Below, in pieces: positions 62,966 through 64,000 of a DNA stretch of 64,000 bases (within the stretch, counting starts at the first letter, position 1; every line of letters starts with the position of its first letter). The notes under the pieces were generated by a model that worked only from the letters and a program-made list of their open reading frames with translations, was not told the DNA's origin and did no database searches. Where the stretch lies: the IMG/VR virus record IMGVR_UViG_3300013125_000002. One strand, written 5' to 3'. A program made the position numbers and the translations under genes. The stretch is from a virus.

Positions 62966-64000
62966 TCACCCTGCCTTCTTGATGAGGTTCGTTCCCTTCC
63001 GCAACATCTGATCCAACTGCTGCAACATGACCTGTGGCAGCTCCTCGAGACTGCTGATCGTCACTGCATTCGAGTAGTACTGCTTGACGCTGCTGCTCTG
63101 AATGCCGATGGCGAACAGCTCGACGAGCTTCTCGACCTCCTTGGCGATCTCCTTCAGGTAGCGCCTGTGCTGCTCGATGTGTCCAGGCAGATGTCCCAGG
63201 TTCGGACAAGGCTCCCCATCGTTGAAGACGAAGAGGATGCGCCGATCTTCCTTCCGCTGAAGGAGCCTGGCCGCTGCCATCCGCACCGACTCACCATCGT
63301 AGGTGTTGAACTTCTGATTGCGAGCCATGTTCGCACAGTGGTGCTTCACCATGCGCCAGTCGTCGCTGAAGCTCTTGTAGACACCCACCCAGAGATTCCC
63401 GAAGCGGCTGAAGATCTTCCTCTCGTCCTTGGTGGCCTTGTCGTGGCGTTGGACACCCGTGTTGTAGTCGACCGTCGAGTAGCCACAGACCTCGAACGGA
63501 ATCCCCAGCTCGTCGAGGACCTCTCCAAAGAGAATGGCTGCCTTCTCAGCCATCTCCAGCTTGTAGCCCTCCATGCTCCCCGAATGATCGATCCAGAGTG
63601 AGCAGACCGTGTTGAAGCTCGGAGCCGTCACCTTCTGACGGAAGACTCTCTTGCTGGTCCCAAGGGGGACACGGAAGATCGCCTTGGGGTTGACGTGACC
63701 CCTCCGCTTGTCCGCCACCCACTTCGACCTCGCAATGGAGAGCAGGTTCATTCTCATCTTCTTGAGGAGCACGTTGACCATACCCCTCGCCTCGAGCAGG
63801 AACTGATGAACCTGCACCCTATCCCCATCACTGATCTTCTCGACCTGGTCACCTTCGGTGGTGTAGATGAGGTATCGATCCTCATCAGTCATCTCTTGCT
63901 TCGCGGCGTTCCGAAGCATGTTGTGGCGAGAAGTCAGCTGCTCGTCCTTCTCCAGCTCCTGGTCCGAGACGTTGAGCGGGTCCCCGTCCCCCTCACCATC
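62966..64000 (-). CDS. CobT-like vWA-domain protein (3' part)
   Basis: IDHSGSM MIDAS, N.DGESV..AA.RL..R.E.RRIL.V.NDG.P; frame appears open to the window end. Confidence 0.85.
   Translation of the reverse strand, partial: DGEGDGDPLNVSDQELEKDEQLTSRHNMLRNAAKQEMTDEDRYLIYTTEGDQVEKISDGDRVQVHQFLLEARGMVNVLLKKMRMNLLSIARSKWVADKRRGHVNPKAIFRVPLGTSKRVFRQKVTAPSFNTVCSLWIDHSGSMEGYKLEMAEKAAILFGEVLDELGIPFEVCGYSTVDYNTGVQRHDKATKDERKIFSRFGNLWVGVYKSFSDDWRMVKHHCANMARNQKFNTYDGESVRMAAARLLQRKEDRRILFVFNDGEPCPNLGHLPGHIEQHRRYLKEIAKEVEKLVELFAIGIQSSSVKQYYSNAVTISSLEELPQVMLQQLDQMLRKGTNLIKKAG

Noticed and set aside
1-64000. Alternative genetic code / stop-codon recoding
   Set aside because: Known genes are intact in code 11, all three stops are used, and no suppressor tRNA was found.
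1-64000. Apparent GATC/TCGA abundance
   Set aside because: Not quantifiable by eye and may follow from ATC/GAT/GAG codon preference; needs a Markov-model test.

Overview
This is 64 kb of a large dsDNA tailed bacteriophage genome, with essentially all genes on the minus strand. From left to right: (1) head module with a partial portal and a ferritin-fold protein; (2) accessory genes including a 59-aa bacterial-type histone missed by the ORF track, a deoxynucleoside kinase and a ~420-nt structured ncRNA; (3) an ~8.7-kb RNA operon (9674-18374) with 46 tRNA genes covering all 20 amino acids, six Y-RNA/YrlA-like RNAs, a Ro60 (TROVE/Rsr) gene and two HNH genes; (4) hypothetical genes and a non-coding skew-switch region near 25.5 kb; (5) terminase next to a candidate DNA-hypermodification cluster; (6) a replication/recombination module (intein-containing ThyX, SbcCD, dNMP kinase, RecA/UvsX, SSB, UvsY-like, family A polymerase), a sigma-like factor and a CobT/vWA protein. 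The standout candidate system heads the RNA operon. It is a 50-codon leader peptide using all 20 amino acids and 40 different codons, whose last codons form an antiterminator for an intrinsic terminator just before the first tRNA. I infer a pan-codon ribosome-stalling attenuator that switches on a replacement tRNA set plus Ro60/Y RNAs when host tRNAs are depleted. All calls were made by eye; no database searches were run.
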